Below, piece by piece: positions 30,761-40,037 of a stretch of DNA of 64,000 nucleotides. The notes below the pieces were generated by a model. The model made no database searches. It was not told the DNA's origin and saw only the letters and a list, made by a program, of their open reading frames with translations. This stretch comes from Candidatus Eiseniibacteriota bacterium (GTDB taxonomy: Bacteria > Eisenbacteria > RBG-16-71-46 > CAZAMP01), in assembly GCA_965224245.1 (NCBI GenBank), contig OZ245046.1, forward strand, positions 320,001-384,000. Direction: 5' to 3'. The number at the start of each line of letters is the position of its first letter. The first letter of the stretch is position 1. The position numbers were made by a program, and so were the translations under genes.

Positions 30761-33457
30761 GTGATGAAGAAATCCGTACCGAAGCTGACCATCACGGTGG
30801 CACTGGTGTCAGCTCTCTCTCTGATGACTGCGTCGTCCTCGGCCGCGGGCGATCGGCCAGCGGGCCTTCCGGCGACGACGACGGTCGACGTTCCCCAGGT
30901 TTCGGCTCCTGCCGGTGACGAGCTCGGTGTCCGATGTGCGCGCGTCGTGAGGGCCGAGCTCATCGGCGATACCGTCGCACGGTTCGGGGACGACGTCGCG
31001 GTGACCCGTCCGAGACAGTCCTCCAGCACTCCAGCGATGGCCATTCGCGCGAACGGCGACATCTTCGTCGTCACGGACGATCTGAGTGCCAACGCCCTCG
31101 ACATCTTCCGATCCACGAACGGCGGAAGCACGTGGATCTACCACGCGAGCCTCGTGGGCGACGCGCATCTCCTGACGCCATCGGTGGCCGTCGGCGAGGG
31201 CGTGGCGAACCGGCTGCTGGTGGCGTATCACTACGGAAAAGGTACGCCGAGCTCCTCGATCATCGTGTACTGGGAGGACCTCGACACGGGGGCGTACGGC
31301 TCGAGCGTGGTCATGACCGCTCCCGCACCGTACGATCCTCAGGATCCGGCGATCTGCGTCGACAGCCCCGAGTACGCCGACTGGTACGCCTATCTCACGT
31401 ACTCCTGGGACGCACCGATCCCGGCGCCCGACGGTGTCTACATCACCCAGTTCGTACGGTCGGTCGACCTGGGCGCCTCGTGGGTCGACCTCCGCACGTT
31501 GCAGTACAGTCCGGGTGACGTCCGATCCTCCGACATCGACTTCGCCGGGGAGACACTCGTGGCCGTCTATGCCCACGAGCGCCCCTCGGGCTCCGACCCG
31601 GACGTCTCGGCCCGGATCAGTCTCGACTACGGCGATACCTGGGCAGATCCGATCCCGCTCGCGGGCACGACGGCGGCCGAGGCCGGACCCCGCGTGGCGG
31701 TCGGCAACGCGGGAAGCCACGTGGTGGTCGCCTACACGGCGGAGATCACGGCGGAGGACATCGACATTCAGCAGTACTCCAGCACCGACGGTGGAGCGAG
31801 CTGGACGTGGAGCACGTGGCCGCACGTGGAGCTTCCCGAGTTCAACTGCGACGTGGTCGAGGACCCACGCACCGGCGGATTCCACGGGTCCTTCTGGCGC
31901 CAGAACTCAGGTGCGAACGGGTTCACGATGCACCTGCGGAGCGACGAGGTCGACCCGACGACGTGGCTGGATCTGAGCAACGTCTGCGATACCGGGCAGG
32001 CCGTCCCCTGGGGGAGACCGGTCATCGCGGTCGATCCGACCTCGGAGCGGTTGAACGAAGCATGCATCGCCTGGGGTGACTTCCGCGAGGACCCGATGCG
32101 GCACGTCTACTTCGACGGCCCCGGTGTCGACGTGGAGGAGTGTACGATCGCTCCGTTCGAGGACCTCACGCTCGGGGCCTCGTACGTCTCGGGCGACGTG
32201 TTCTCGTCATCGGGGATCGACATCCGCGTCGATGACTTCTACTACGTCATCGGCCCCTGCGGCGGGCCCATGACGAGCGGTGACGTCCGGGTCATCGACG
32301 ACGTCGGCTCCTGTCGTCCCGGGAAAGAGCTCTGGTTGGACAACGTCACGTTGATCTTCGACTTTCATGAGCCCCTGTATCAGGTGACGATCCCGTTCGG
32401 CGAGTACGGTGGGGTCGTGGATCTCGGCGTCAATGGAGACTGCCGCGTCGTCGCCGACTTCAGAGACCTCGACCAGCAGATCGTCGGCGGCTGCCTCGTG
32501 ACCGTGGTCGACCTGTCCACGGCCTTCTGCGGGGAGATCGCGATCGAGGGGCCGGTCGAGCAGCTCGTCGTCGGCGGACAGGAGCTCGCCATCGACGACG
32601 TTCAGTACTGTCGCCGCGTCTGCGAGAACCTGACCATCACGATGGACTTCGAGTCGCTTCCGCTGGGGCTGGAGCTCCCGTACGGCAGCCAGTTCCAGCA
32701 CGGCTACTCGGAGCTCACGCCGCCCGGGGTCGGCTTTGCGGTCGAGACCACGATGGACACGTACTTCTGGAGTGCCGGCTGCACGAATCCCTACACCGGT
32801 GGAGTCGCCATCGTGCAGGAGGGCGGCGGTGCGTGCGCGGGAGGACATGAGCTTCGCGTCGACAACGTCAACCTGCGCTTCGATTTCGATGGACCCGTGG
32901 AACGACTCAGCATCCAGTACGGGGAGTATGGCGGCAGCGTGAACCTCCAGCTCAACGGCGTCTGCCTCACGCTTGGAGACTTCCGCGAGGCCATCGGACC
33001 CTATCCCGACGCCTACGTCTTTGCCGAGCTCTATCCCGGCATGGGCGGCTGCGGGCGCGTCGTCGTGAACGGGAAGATCGACGACTTCGCGATCGGAGGG
33101 CAGGAGCTGGTGATCGACTCGATCGAAGCCTGCCTCCATCCGGTCGTGGACGTGCCGGAGACCGGTCCGGTCTCGAGCGTGCCGCGAGTGTGGAACGCAC
33201 CCAACCCGTTCCGCAGGGCGACGACGATCCACTTCGCCCTTCGCTCGATCGAAGGCGTGTCGGTGGACGTCTTCGACGTCGTCGGTCGCCGCGTCCGAAC
33301 GCTGCTTCACGGCGACGCGGTCCCTGCCGAGGGGCGGGGTGAGGTGACGTGGGACGCACGGGACGAGGTGGGGCGTCGCGTTCCACCGGGAGTCTACTTC
33401 TACCGGGTGAGATCCGGTTCAACCGTCCTCACGCGGCACATCGTGCTCGTGGAGTAG
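30761..33457 (+). CDS. Secreted protein: Asp-box propeller + two tandem Cys-rich beta domains + FlgD-Ig/T9SS-like CTD
   Basis: Signal peptide; STNGGSTW, SVDLGASW, SLDYGDTW, STDGGASW; duplicated ~160-aa domain; PNPF..WDARD..PGVYFYR. Confidence 0.85.
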   Translation: MMKKSVPKLTITVALVSALSLMTASSSAAGDRPAGLPATTTVDVPQVSAPAGDELGVRCARVVRAELIGDTVARFGDDVAVTRPRQSSSTPAMAIRANGDIFVVTDDLSANALDIFRSTNGGSTWIYHASLVGDAHLLTPSVAVGEGVANRLLVAYHYGKGTPSSSIIVYWEDLDTGAYGSSVVMTAPAPYDPQDPAICVDSPEYADWYAYLTYSWDAPIPAPDGVYITQFVRSVDLGASWVDLRTLQYSPGDVRSSDIDFAGETLVAVYAHERPSGSDPDVSARISLDYGDTWADPIPLAGTTAAEAGPRVAVGNAGSHVVVAYTAEITAEDIDIQQYSSTDGGASWTWSTWPHVELPEFNCDVVEDPRTGGFHGSFWRQNSGANGFTMHLRSDEVDPTTWLDLSNVCDTGQAVPWGRPVIAVDPTSERLNEACIAWGDFREDPMRHVYFDGPGVDVEECTIAPFEDLTLGASYVSGDVFSSSGIDIRVDDFYYVIGPCGGPMTSGDVRVIDDVGSCRPGKELWLDNVTLIFDFHEPLYQVTIPFGEYGGVVDLGVNGDCRVVADFRDLDQQIVGGCLVTVVDLSTAFCGEIAIEGPVEQLVVGGQELAIDDVQYCRRVCENLTITMDFESLPLGLELPYGSQFQHGYSELTPPGVGFAVETTMDTYFWSAGCTNPYTGGVAIVQEGGGACAGGHELRVDNVNLRFDFDGPVERLSIQYGEYGGSVNLQLNGVCLTLGDFREAIGPYPDAYVFAELYPGMGGCGRVVVNGKIDDFAIGGQELVIDSIEACLHPVVDVPETGPVSSVPRVWNAPNPFRRATTIHFALRSIEGVSVDVFDVVGRRVRTLLHGDAVPAEGRGEVTWDARDEVGRRVPPGVYFYRVRSGSTVLTRHIVLVE
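32156..33133 (+). repeat. Two tandem ~160-aa intragenic domain repeats
   Basis: FEDL..ELWLDNV..FDF..GEYGG.V.L..NG.C..GGQELAIDD matches FESL..ELRVDNV..FDF..GEYGG.V.L..NG.C..GGQELVIDS. Confidence 0.85.
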
Positions 33458-33465
33458 CTGATGAC

Positions 33466-33506
33466 GGCGCCACCGCCTGCTCTCCACTCGGACGGGCGGT
33501 GGCGCC
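33466..33506 (+). terminator. GC-rich hairpin after the 30761-33457 gene
   Basis: ggcgccaccgcctg..cgggcggtggcgcc, 14-bp stem just after the stop codon. Confidence 0.5.
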
Positions 33507-33707
33507 TCGGAGGCGGCTCCCCGGACGTGTGCCCTCTCCGGAGTCGTCACCTTCTACCACCAGGCCCGACGCTGTTACCATGGTCGTCGATCGTATCGGA
33601 CGAGCGGCGACCTCGAACCCGGATCGAGACCGAACGCACGGAGCGGCGGCGCATCGTACGGACGTGACACCCGAGCCTGGAACCTCATCCTTCGTACGGA
33701 GGCTGCC

Positions 33708-34532
33708 ATGCGACGTCGAGTCACAGGAGGTGCCGTGCTTTCCGTCGGGCTGGCGGGCGCAGTCGCCGGCATTGCCGCCGCGACCGATCTCCTCGAGATC
33801 GACATCGTCCGGTTCGACGCGTCGGGGACGATCCTCCACGAGATCTACTTCGAGGCCAACCGGGACGGGGCGACGACGTGCGACCTCGTCACGCCGCTGG
33901 GTACGTACGTCTGCACCGACGTCGGGGGTCGCTTCCGGGCCGAGCCGGCGTTCTTCGACGAGCATGTGGATCTGACCTTCGCCGAGGTGCAGAGCATCGT
34001 GTCGTCGCCGTGGACCGTGACCTGGGACGCGGGCGCCGGTCAGACGGTCGCGACCCTCGAGCTCGGGCCCATTACGATCGAGGACGTTCCGGCCATTCCC
34101 AGCCTCACCGCGCCGGTGGATGGTGAGGTCATCGAGGTGCCGGCCGACCCGAACCCTCCGGTCGTCACGTGGATGTACGACGGGATCTCCGACCCGTGCG
34201 AGGCGCAGCCGGACCACGTCGTGGTGATCTTCACGGACCAGGAGTCGATCTGGGACGCCACGACCGTGATCGACTCGGGCGAGCTCGCCTGCACGGAGAC
34301 GTCCTGGGAGCCCTCCGAGGCGCTTCCGGAGGGCATCTGGTTCACGGCGGTCGTGAACGCGCTGTCGTTCCGGGACGTGCCGGACGGGATCACGGTGGTC
34401 GAGGGGGACTGGCCGCTCGAGAACACGGACTGGCTGCAGCTGTACGGGGCGGACCGTGTCCACAACGAGGTGATCCCGGTGGAGCGGAGCAGCTGGAGCG
34501 AGATCAAGGCGCGCCATCGCGATCCGAGGTGA
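33708..34532 (+). CDS. Secreted hypothetical protein with C-terminal W-motif tail
   Basis: GGAGG RBS; signal peptide MRRRVTGGAVLSVGLAGAVAGIAAA; acidic beta-rich body; tail IPVERSSWSEIKARHR. Confidence 0.8.
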   Translation: MRRRVTGGAVLSVGLAGAVAGIAAATDLLEIDIVRFDASGTILHEIYFEANRDGATTCDLVTPLGTYVCTDVGGRFRAEPAFFDEHVDLTFAEVQSIVSSPWTVTWDAGAGQTVATLELGPITIEDVPAIPSLTAPVDGEVIEVPADPNPPVVTWMYDGISDPCEAQPDHVVVIFTDQESIWDATTVIDSGELACTETSWEPSEALPEGIWFTAVVNALSFRDVPDGITVVEGDWPLENTDWLQLYGADRVHNEVIPVERSSWSEIKARHRDPR

Positions 34533-34563
34533 GCGCTCGCATCGCTCGACAGGTCCCGCGATC

Positions 34564-35292
34564 TCAGAACGTCCGATACACGGACTTGACGCGCGCCCAG
34601 CTGGCCGGCGCGATCGGGGTCTCGCAGTCCTCGACCCAGACCTCGACGTCGTCGATCGCGAACGTGAACGCGTTCGTGAACGACGGCTCGTACTGGAAGT
34701 ACGTGACGTCACCGGTGACGGGCGTCGTGGGCAGGTCCTCCGCCACCACGACCCCGTCGATCAGCAACGTCTGGGTCTGGCCGGCCGTGTCGACGTGCCA
34801 CTCGAAGCAGTTGGCCTGGTCGAGGGTCCAGGAGCCGACCGTCTCCTCCGCGCCCGACGTGAGGATCGTGATCGACGGACCTCGATAGTTGACCGAGCCG
34901 TAGATGCGGCCTTGAGGTCCCCGGAGAACGAAGAACGACGGCGGGATGACGGTGCGTGCCACCGAGCACCACTTCACCACGAAGCGATCGCAGGGGTAGG
35001 CGGTCTCGGGGAAATGGAAGCCCGCCAGGAGCGACCCGGCGCCCCCTTCCTCGCGCTGCATCTCCAGCGGCTGATCGGAGAGCGATCCCGACGACGCGAC
35101 CACCGTGTACGTGCCGGGTGCCGTGGGCGAGACGGTCATGGAGTCCCCATCGGGGGGACCGGGGAGCGAGAGGTCGGGGCTCTCGCCGACGACGTCGGCG
35201 TTGAAGTCCGCCCTGGCGACGAGTGTGAGCTGAGCGGCCGCAGACGCGGGGATCAGCAAGGCGAGCGCGGCCGACAGAGCGAGGCGACTCAT
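34564..35292 (-). CDS. Secreted hypothetical (jelly-roll-like) protein with C-terminal W-motif tail
   Basis: GGAGG RBS; signal peptide MSRLALSAALALLIPASAAA; ends FAIDDVEV..TPIAPASWARVKSVYRTF. Confidence 0.82.
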   Translation of the reverse strand: MSRLALSAALALLIPASAAAQLTLVARADFNADVVGESPDLSLPGPPDGDSMTVSPTAPGTYTVVASSGSLSDQPLEMQREEGGAGSLLAGFHFPETAYPCDRFVVKWCSVARTVIPPSFFVLRGPQGRIYGSVNYRGPSITILTSGAEETVGSWTLDQANCFEWHVDTAGQTQTLLIDGVVVAEDLPTTPVTGDVTYFQYEPSFTNAFTFAIDDVEVWVEDCETPIAPASWARVKSVYRTF

Positions 35293-35563
35293 GGGTCCTC
35301 CCGTGGGCGATGTCGCATGGATTGGCCGGCCGTCGCAAGACGCCCGGACCCCGTCCGATTGTCGATCACCCTGTCGATTTGCGTCAATCGGGGTCGGTTT
35401 CAGCCATGGAGACGGCGCGGCCGGGATGCACGTCGATCCGTCCGCTCACCGCAACGAGGGAGTGCGATTCGTGCTCGATCTCGCGTGCACGCATCGACGC
35501 CATCCCGCTAGAATGGGGAGCCCGAAACCGACGGACCGCGCCTCTCTCGATCTCAGAGGTTCG

Positions 35564-36145
35564 ATGCCCGACCGGCCCGTGCCCGACGTCGCCGCATTCC
35601 TGCGTACCACATCGGCGGGTGCCTCGCCCTCCGACGTGGAGATCGACCGTCTCTTCGCGGTGCTCTACGTGGAGCTGCGGGCAATGGCGGGCGGAATCCT
35701 GTCCGACCAGGTGACCCACCGCACGCTGACCCCCACCGTGCTCGTCAACGAGGCGTATCTGCGCCTGGCTCGCGGTGTCCAGACGAGCTGGCAGTCACGC
35801 GCTCACTTCCTCGGCGTTGCCGCGAAGGCGATGCGGCACGTGCTGGTCGACTATGCCCGGCGGCAGCGGGCGCAGCGACGCGGCGGCGACTGGAAGCGCG
35901 TGTCCATCCCGTTCGATTCGGAGATGCCGGCCACCGCGCCGGAGGCCGACGTCATTGGGCTCCACGAGGCGCTCGAGCGCCTCGGATCGGAGGACCCCCG
36001 CATGGCCCAGGTGGTCGAGCTACGGGTGTTCGCGGGACTGTCCGCAGAGGAGACCGGGCACGTCCTGGGGCTTTCGCGTCGGACGATCACCAAGCACTGG
36101 AAGGTGGCGTGCCTCTGGCTCGCTCACGAGATGTCCGAGGAGTGA
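35564..36145 (+). CDS. ECF RNA polymerase sigma factor, TIGR02999 (ECF43-like) family
   Basis: LYVELRAMA, RTLTPTVLVNEAYLRL, AMRHVLVDYAR, ELRVFAGLS. Start chosen by GAGG RBS and length match to its paralogues. Confidence 0.9.
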   Translation: MPDRPVPDVAAFLRTTSAGASPSDVEIDRLFAVLYVELRAMAGGILSDQVTHRTLTPTVLVNEAYLRLARGVQTSWQSRAHFLGVAAKAMRHVLVDYARRQRAQRRGGDWKRVSIPFDSEMPATAPEADVIGLHEALERLGSEDPRMAQVVELRVFAGLSAEETGHVLGLSRRTITKHWKVACLWLAHEMSEE

Positions 36146-36195
36146 GACGACGCCGTGCGGGTTGCCGGCACGCCTGGAGCGGTCGGACCCGGAGG

Positions 36196-37230
36196 GTGAT
36201 CCAGGTCATCCTGACGGTCATCCCGCTCACGGTCGCCGCGGCGGGCACCGATCCGATCCCCACCGATCCTGTCCCGAGCCACCGTATGTGTCCCGAATAC
36301 GTGCTGAGCTGGGGGGAGCGGGGCGTGGGCCCGGGGAAGTTCCAGGCGCCGCGGGTGGTCGCGCTGGCGCCCGACGGCGACGTGCTCGTGCTCGACACCC
36401 GGTCCTACCGGGTTCAGCGGTTCTCCGCGAACGGCAGCTTCGAGCGCGAGTGGCACGCGTCACGACCCTCCGACGTCGATCCGCCCCACGGGCTGGCCGT
36501 CGGCGACGACGGACGGATCTACGTCTCGCACGTCGGCCGCATCGACGTCTTCGATCCCGAGGGACGTCTGTCCCGGGTGATCGAGATCGAGGGCAACGTG
36601 GGAGCCATCTCGGTGTCGGACTCGCAGGGGATCGCCGTGCTGATCGGGACCCACGAGGTCTGCCGGCTCGCACCCGACGGAGCCGTCCGCGCCCGTTGGG
36701 GTGGCGACGGGGACGGCCCGGGGCAGTTTCGCTGGGCGAGCGACCTCGCGATCGGTGCGGGGGAGGTCGTGTACGTGCTCGATCGTTCCGAGGCTCGCGT
36801 GCAGTGCTTCTCACCCGACGGCGAGCTGCTTCGCGCCTGGGGCGGGCGGGACTACGCAGCCGTGCACCTGCAGCAGCTAGCGGCCATCGCCTGTCATCCC
36901 GATGGCCGGGTCTTCGTCGTCGATTCGCCGAGCAAGCGGGTCCTCGTCTTCGACGCGCTCGGCGAGCTGCTCTGCACCTGGGGCGAGGGCGGACGCACGC
37001 CGGGCACCTTCGACAGGCCCGTGTCGATCACCGTCGGTCCGCTCGGTGTGTACGTGTGCGACGAGGCAAGAGCGCGCATTCAGCTCTTTCGCGAACCCGA
37101 GAGTCGGATCCGTCCGGTGATCTGGCCCGCGGCTCGCCGGTGGCTGAACGCTGAGGACGTCACCGATCCCGAGGTGTCTCGAACGCCGCCGCCCGGTCAG
37201 GCGTCCCCCAGGCCTCGTAAAGACCGATGA
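36196..37230 (+). CDS. NHL-repeat beta-propeller protein, probably exported
   Basis: WGERGVGPGKFQAP, RVQRFSANG, GDGPGQF, RVQCFSPDG, PGTFDRP repeats; hydrophobic N-terminus. Start approximate; the 3' end overlaps the convergent kinase by 71 bp. Confidence 0.8.
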   Translation: MIQVILTVIPLTVAAAGTDPIPTDPVPSHRMCPEYVLSWGERGVGPGKFQAPRVVALAPDGDVLVLDTRSYRVQRFSANGSFEREWHASRPSDVDPPHGLAVGDDGRIYVSHVGRIDVFDPEGRLSRVIEIEGNVGAISVSDSQGIAVLIGTHEVCRLAPDGAVRARWGGDGDGPGQFRWASDLAIGAGEVVYVLDRSEARVQCFSPDGELLRAWGGRDYAAVHLQQLAAIACHPDGRVFVVDSPSKRVLVFDALGELLCTWGEGGRTPGTFDRPVSITVGPLGVYVCDEARARIQLFREPESRIRPVIWPAARRWLNAEDVTDPEVSRTPPPGQASPRPRKDR

Positions 37231-39664
37231 GGTCCGCACGAACCTCGTCGCGCATCGTCTGAGTGCCGGCGCCGCCATCCGCGAGCCGGCGGTCGCTGGC
37301 CAGGAACAGGGACTCGGCCGCCGCGTAGCGGTGGAGTCGCATCAGGCAACGACCCAGCAGGCGGTCGGTCTCGGCGAGCAGGATCGGCTGGTCCAAGGGC
37401 CCCAGAGCCAGCCGTAGACGTCGAAACACCGGCTCCGCCTCCTCGGGACGGCCGAGATCCAGGAGCGAACGACCGAGGCCCAGGAGCATTCCGGTCGCGT
37501 TGAGGTTCTCGTCCCCGATCAGATCGGCCGTGATGCCGAGCGCCTCGCGGTACATGGGCTCGGCCTCGGTCGGCTGTCCGAGCGCGCGCTTCACGTCGGC
37601 GTGGTGACTGAGTGCCAGGGCATAGGAGCTGTTCGGACCGTTCCGCGCGAACATGTCCGGGAGGATTTCCCGGTAGAGCGAGTCCGCGATCTCGAAGTTC
37701 CCGGCGAGCCGGTGCATGCGCGCGCGCCTGGTCGGGATCGATCCGATCAGACTCACGCTGTCCCCGAAGGTCTCACGCAAGAGGGCTCGACTCCGCGCGT
37801 ACAGGGAATCGGCGTGGCGTATGGCGCCCCGGGCGTCCTCCAGCAGAGCCAGACGGTACAGGGCGAGGGCGATCTCGTAGCGATCGTCGGTCGATGCGGT
37901 CCGTCGTGAGAGTACGCGCGTGAGCGCGGCGCCGGCCTCGTCCGTCTCGCCGTTGGCCAGCATGACATTGGCCAGGTTCAGCTCGAGCTCCAGCAGCCGG
38001 GGATCGTCGCCGCCGCGTTCGACCCGAAGCAGCGAGAGCGACTCGTGGTACAGAGACTCGGCCTCCGCGTAGCGACCGCGCGTGGCATGGATCGAGGCCA
38101 GGTCCGCCAGCAGGTCCACGCGACGCTCGACGTTCGCTCCCGCGCTCGCGGCCAGCGCTGCGCGAAGCTCGCGCTCGGACTCGTCGAAGAGATCGAGGTT
38201 CCGGTAGGCGTGCCCGAGAAGCGACCGCACCTGCAACACCAGGTCCGGATCGGCGAGCGTCTCGCCGGTGCGTCGCGATGCCTCGTCGAGCACGATTCGT
38301 GACGTCGTCGCGCCGAGCACGCCCGTCAGGTACTCGTTGACGCTCTCGGTCCGTGCGCGTTCCCGACGCTGCTGCTGCCAGAGGAACGACATCGCCACGC
38401 TCGTTCCCACCGACACCACGAAGATCACGGTGAGCAGGGAGACGACGGCGCGATGTCGCTGCACCATCTTCCTCACGGCATAGAGCGTCGACGGGGGACC
38501 GGCCGTCACCGCTCGTCCCACGAGATACCGCTCGACGTCCGAGGCGAGATCCGAGGCGGACTGGTAGCGCCGCTCGGGCTCCTTCTCCAGCGCGCGCATC
38601 GTGATCCACTCGAGCTCTCCGGTGAGCCGTCGGAGCAGCTCGCGGGGGGTGGTCGCCCGTGCACCGGCGACCCCGGCCGCGGCCTCGCCGAGCTCGGAGA
38701 CGCGTGCGGCGGGCGACGGGGGAACGACGTCGCGTATCAGCCGGATCGCTCGCTCGAGCCCCTCCGCGTGCAGATCGTCGGGATCGAGCGGGAGGACTCC
38801 GGTCACCAGCTCGTAGAGCAGCACGCCGAGGGCGTAGACGTCGGTGCGCGAGTCGATGGCACCGGGCCGGAAATCGGCTTGCTCGGGGCTCATGTACTCG
38901 GGCGTCCCGATCACGTGTCCGGCCACGGTGCCATCGGCGCCGGGAAGGCCGGACGTCTCCAGCGACTTGGCCACGCCGAAGTCGATCACCTTGGGAATCG
39001 GTGTTCCCTCGACCTCGGTCACCAGGACGTTCGTCGGCTTGATGTCCCGGTGGATGATGCCCTTGCGATGGGCGTGCTCGACCGCGCGGCACACCTGACC
39101 GAACAGCCGGAGGCGTTGCCCGATCGTGAGGCGGCGCTCGTCGCAGTACGTCGTGATCGGCGGACCGTCCACGAGCTCCATGACGAAGAAGGGGCGTCCG
39201 GCGTCGGTGGTTCCCGCCTCGAAGATCCGCGCGATGTGGGGATGCTCCATCAGGGCCAGCGCCTGGCGTTCGGTCTCGAAGCGAGCGATCACGTCGCGCT
39301 CGTGCATGCCGCCGCGGATCACCTTCAGCGCCACGTTCCGGCTCAGGGGGCCGGTCTGGTGGGCGAGGTAGACGCTTCCCATCCCACCTTCGCCGATCGC
39401 ATCGATGATCCGATAGGGTCCGATCGTCGTGCCCGGTGGGATGCCCGCGGCAACGGGGGGCACACGCGCGCCGAGCAGTCGGTCGACCGGAGCCGACGTG
39501 GCGAGAATCGACGGCAGGTCCTCCGCGGACGCCATGATCGCCCTGACGCGGCGCTCGAGGTCCGGATCGCCGTCGCACTGCTCCGCGAGGATGGCCGTGT
39601 GCCTCGACGGGTCGGCATCCACCAGGATGGAGAGAATCTGACGTATCCGCTGCGAGCTCGACAT
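37160..39664 (-). CDS. Membrane Ser/Thr kinase with N-terminal helical extension and TPR repeats
   Basis: AGGAG RBS; IGEGGMGSV, VALK, HRDIKPTN, DFG, YMSPEQ; TM AVVSLLTVIFVVSVGTSVAMSFLW; TPRs. Confidence 0.92.
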   Translation of the reverse strand: MSSSQRIRQILSILVDADPSRHTAILAEQCDGDPDLERRVRAIMASAEDLPSILATSAPVDRLLGARVPPVAAGIPPGTTIGPYRIIDAIGEGGMGSVYLAHQTGPLSRNVALKVIRGGMHERDVIARFETERQALALMEHPHIARIFEAGTTDAGRPFFVMELVDGPPITTYCDERRLTIGQRLRLFGQVCRAVEHAHRKGIIHRDIKPTNVLVTEVEGTPIPKVIDFGVAKSLETSGLPGADGTVAGHVIGTPEYMSPEQADFRPGAIDSRTDVYALGVLLYELVTGVLPLDPDDLHAEGLERAIRLIRDVVPPSPAARVSELGEAAAGVAGARATTPRELLRRLTGELEWITMRALEKEPERRYQSASDLASDVERYLVGRAVTAGPPSTLYAVRKMVQRHRAVVSLLTVIFVVSVGTSVAMSFLWQQQRRERARTESVNEYLTGVLGATTSRIVLDEASRRTGETLADPDLVLQVRSLLGHAYRNLDLFDESERELRAALAASAGANVERRVDLLADLASIHATRGRYAEAESLYHESLSLLRVERGGDDPRLLELELNLANVMLANGETDEAGAALTRVLSRRTASTDDRYEIALALYRLALLEDARGAIRHADSLYARSRALLRETFGDSVSLIGSIPTRRARMHRLAGNFEIADSLYREILPDMFARNGPNSSYALALSHHADVKRALGQPTEAEPMYREALGITADLIGDENLNATGMLLGLGRSLLDLGRPEEAEPVFRRLRLALGPLDQPILLAETDRLLGRCLMRLHRYAAAESLFLASDRRLADGGAGTQTMRDEVRADLIGLYEAWGTPDRAAAFETPRDR

Positions 39665-40037
39665 GGCACTCCTACGCGAGAGGCCGCGATTCGATCACAT
39701 CTTACGTACGATCGGAGGACCGGATCAAATGGTGGAGAGGGGTGCGCTGTCGGGAGGACGAGAAGAGCCCCCTCGACGAGCGCCGAGGGGCTCGGGACCG
39801 CTCTCGACGGAGAGGGGGGGCAGCGAATCTGGTTGACCGCCTCGTCGAGCAGCTTCTCGTCTGCCAGCGTCACCGCGCCGACCACCTCTGGCCGCACCAT
39901 GATCGACGAGACGCCGATCAACGCGGCCGGCAGGTGCCGTCGGCCGGATGGGTCGCATGTCGGGCGCTGGAACGGGACGGACGCCCCCGTGCTAGGATCG
40001 AAGGCGCACCGCTCCAACCCACTCCCGGAGACGAACC

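Noticed and set aside
39820-39935. Coding-like minus-strand stretch (MVRPEVVGAVTLADEKLLDEAVNQIR) in an intergenic region
   Set aside because: Too short, with no clear RBS or recognisable family; at most a gene remnant.
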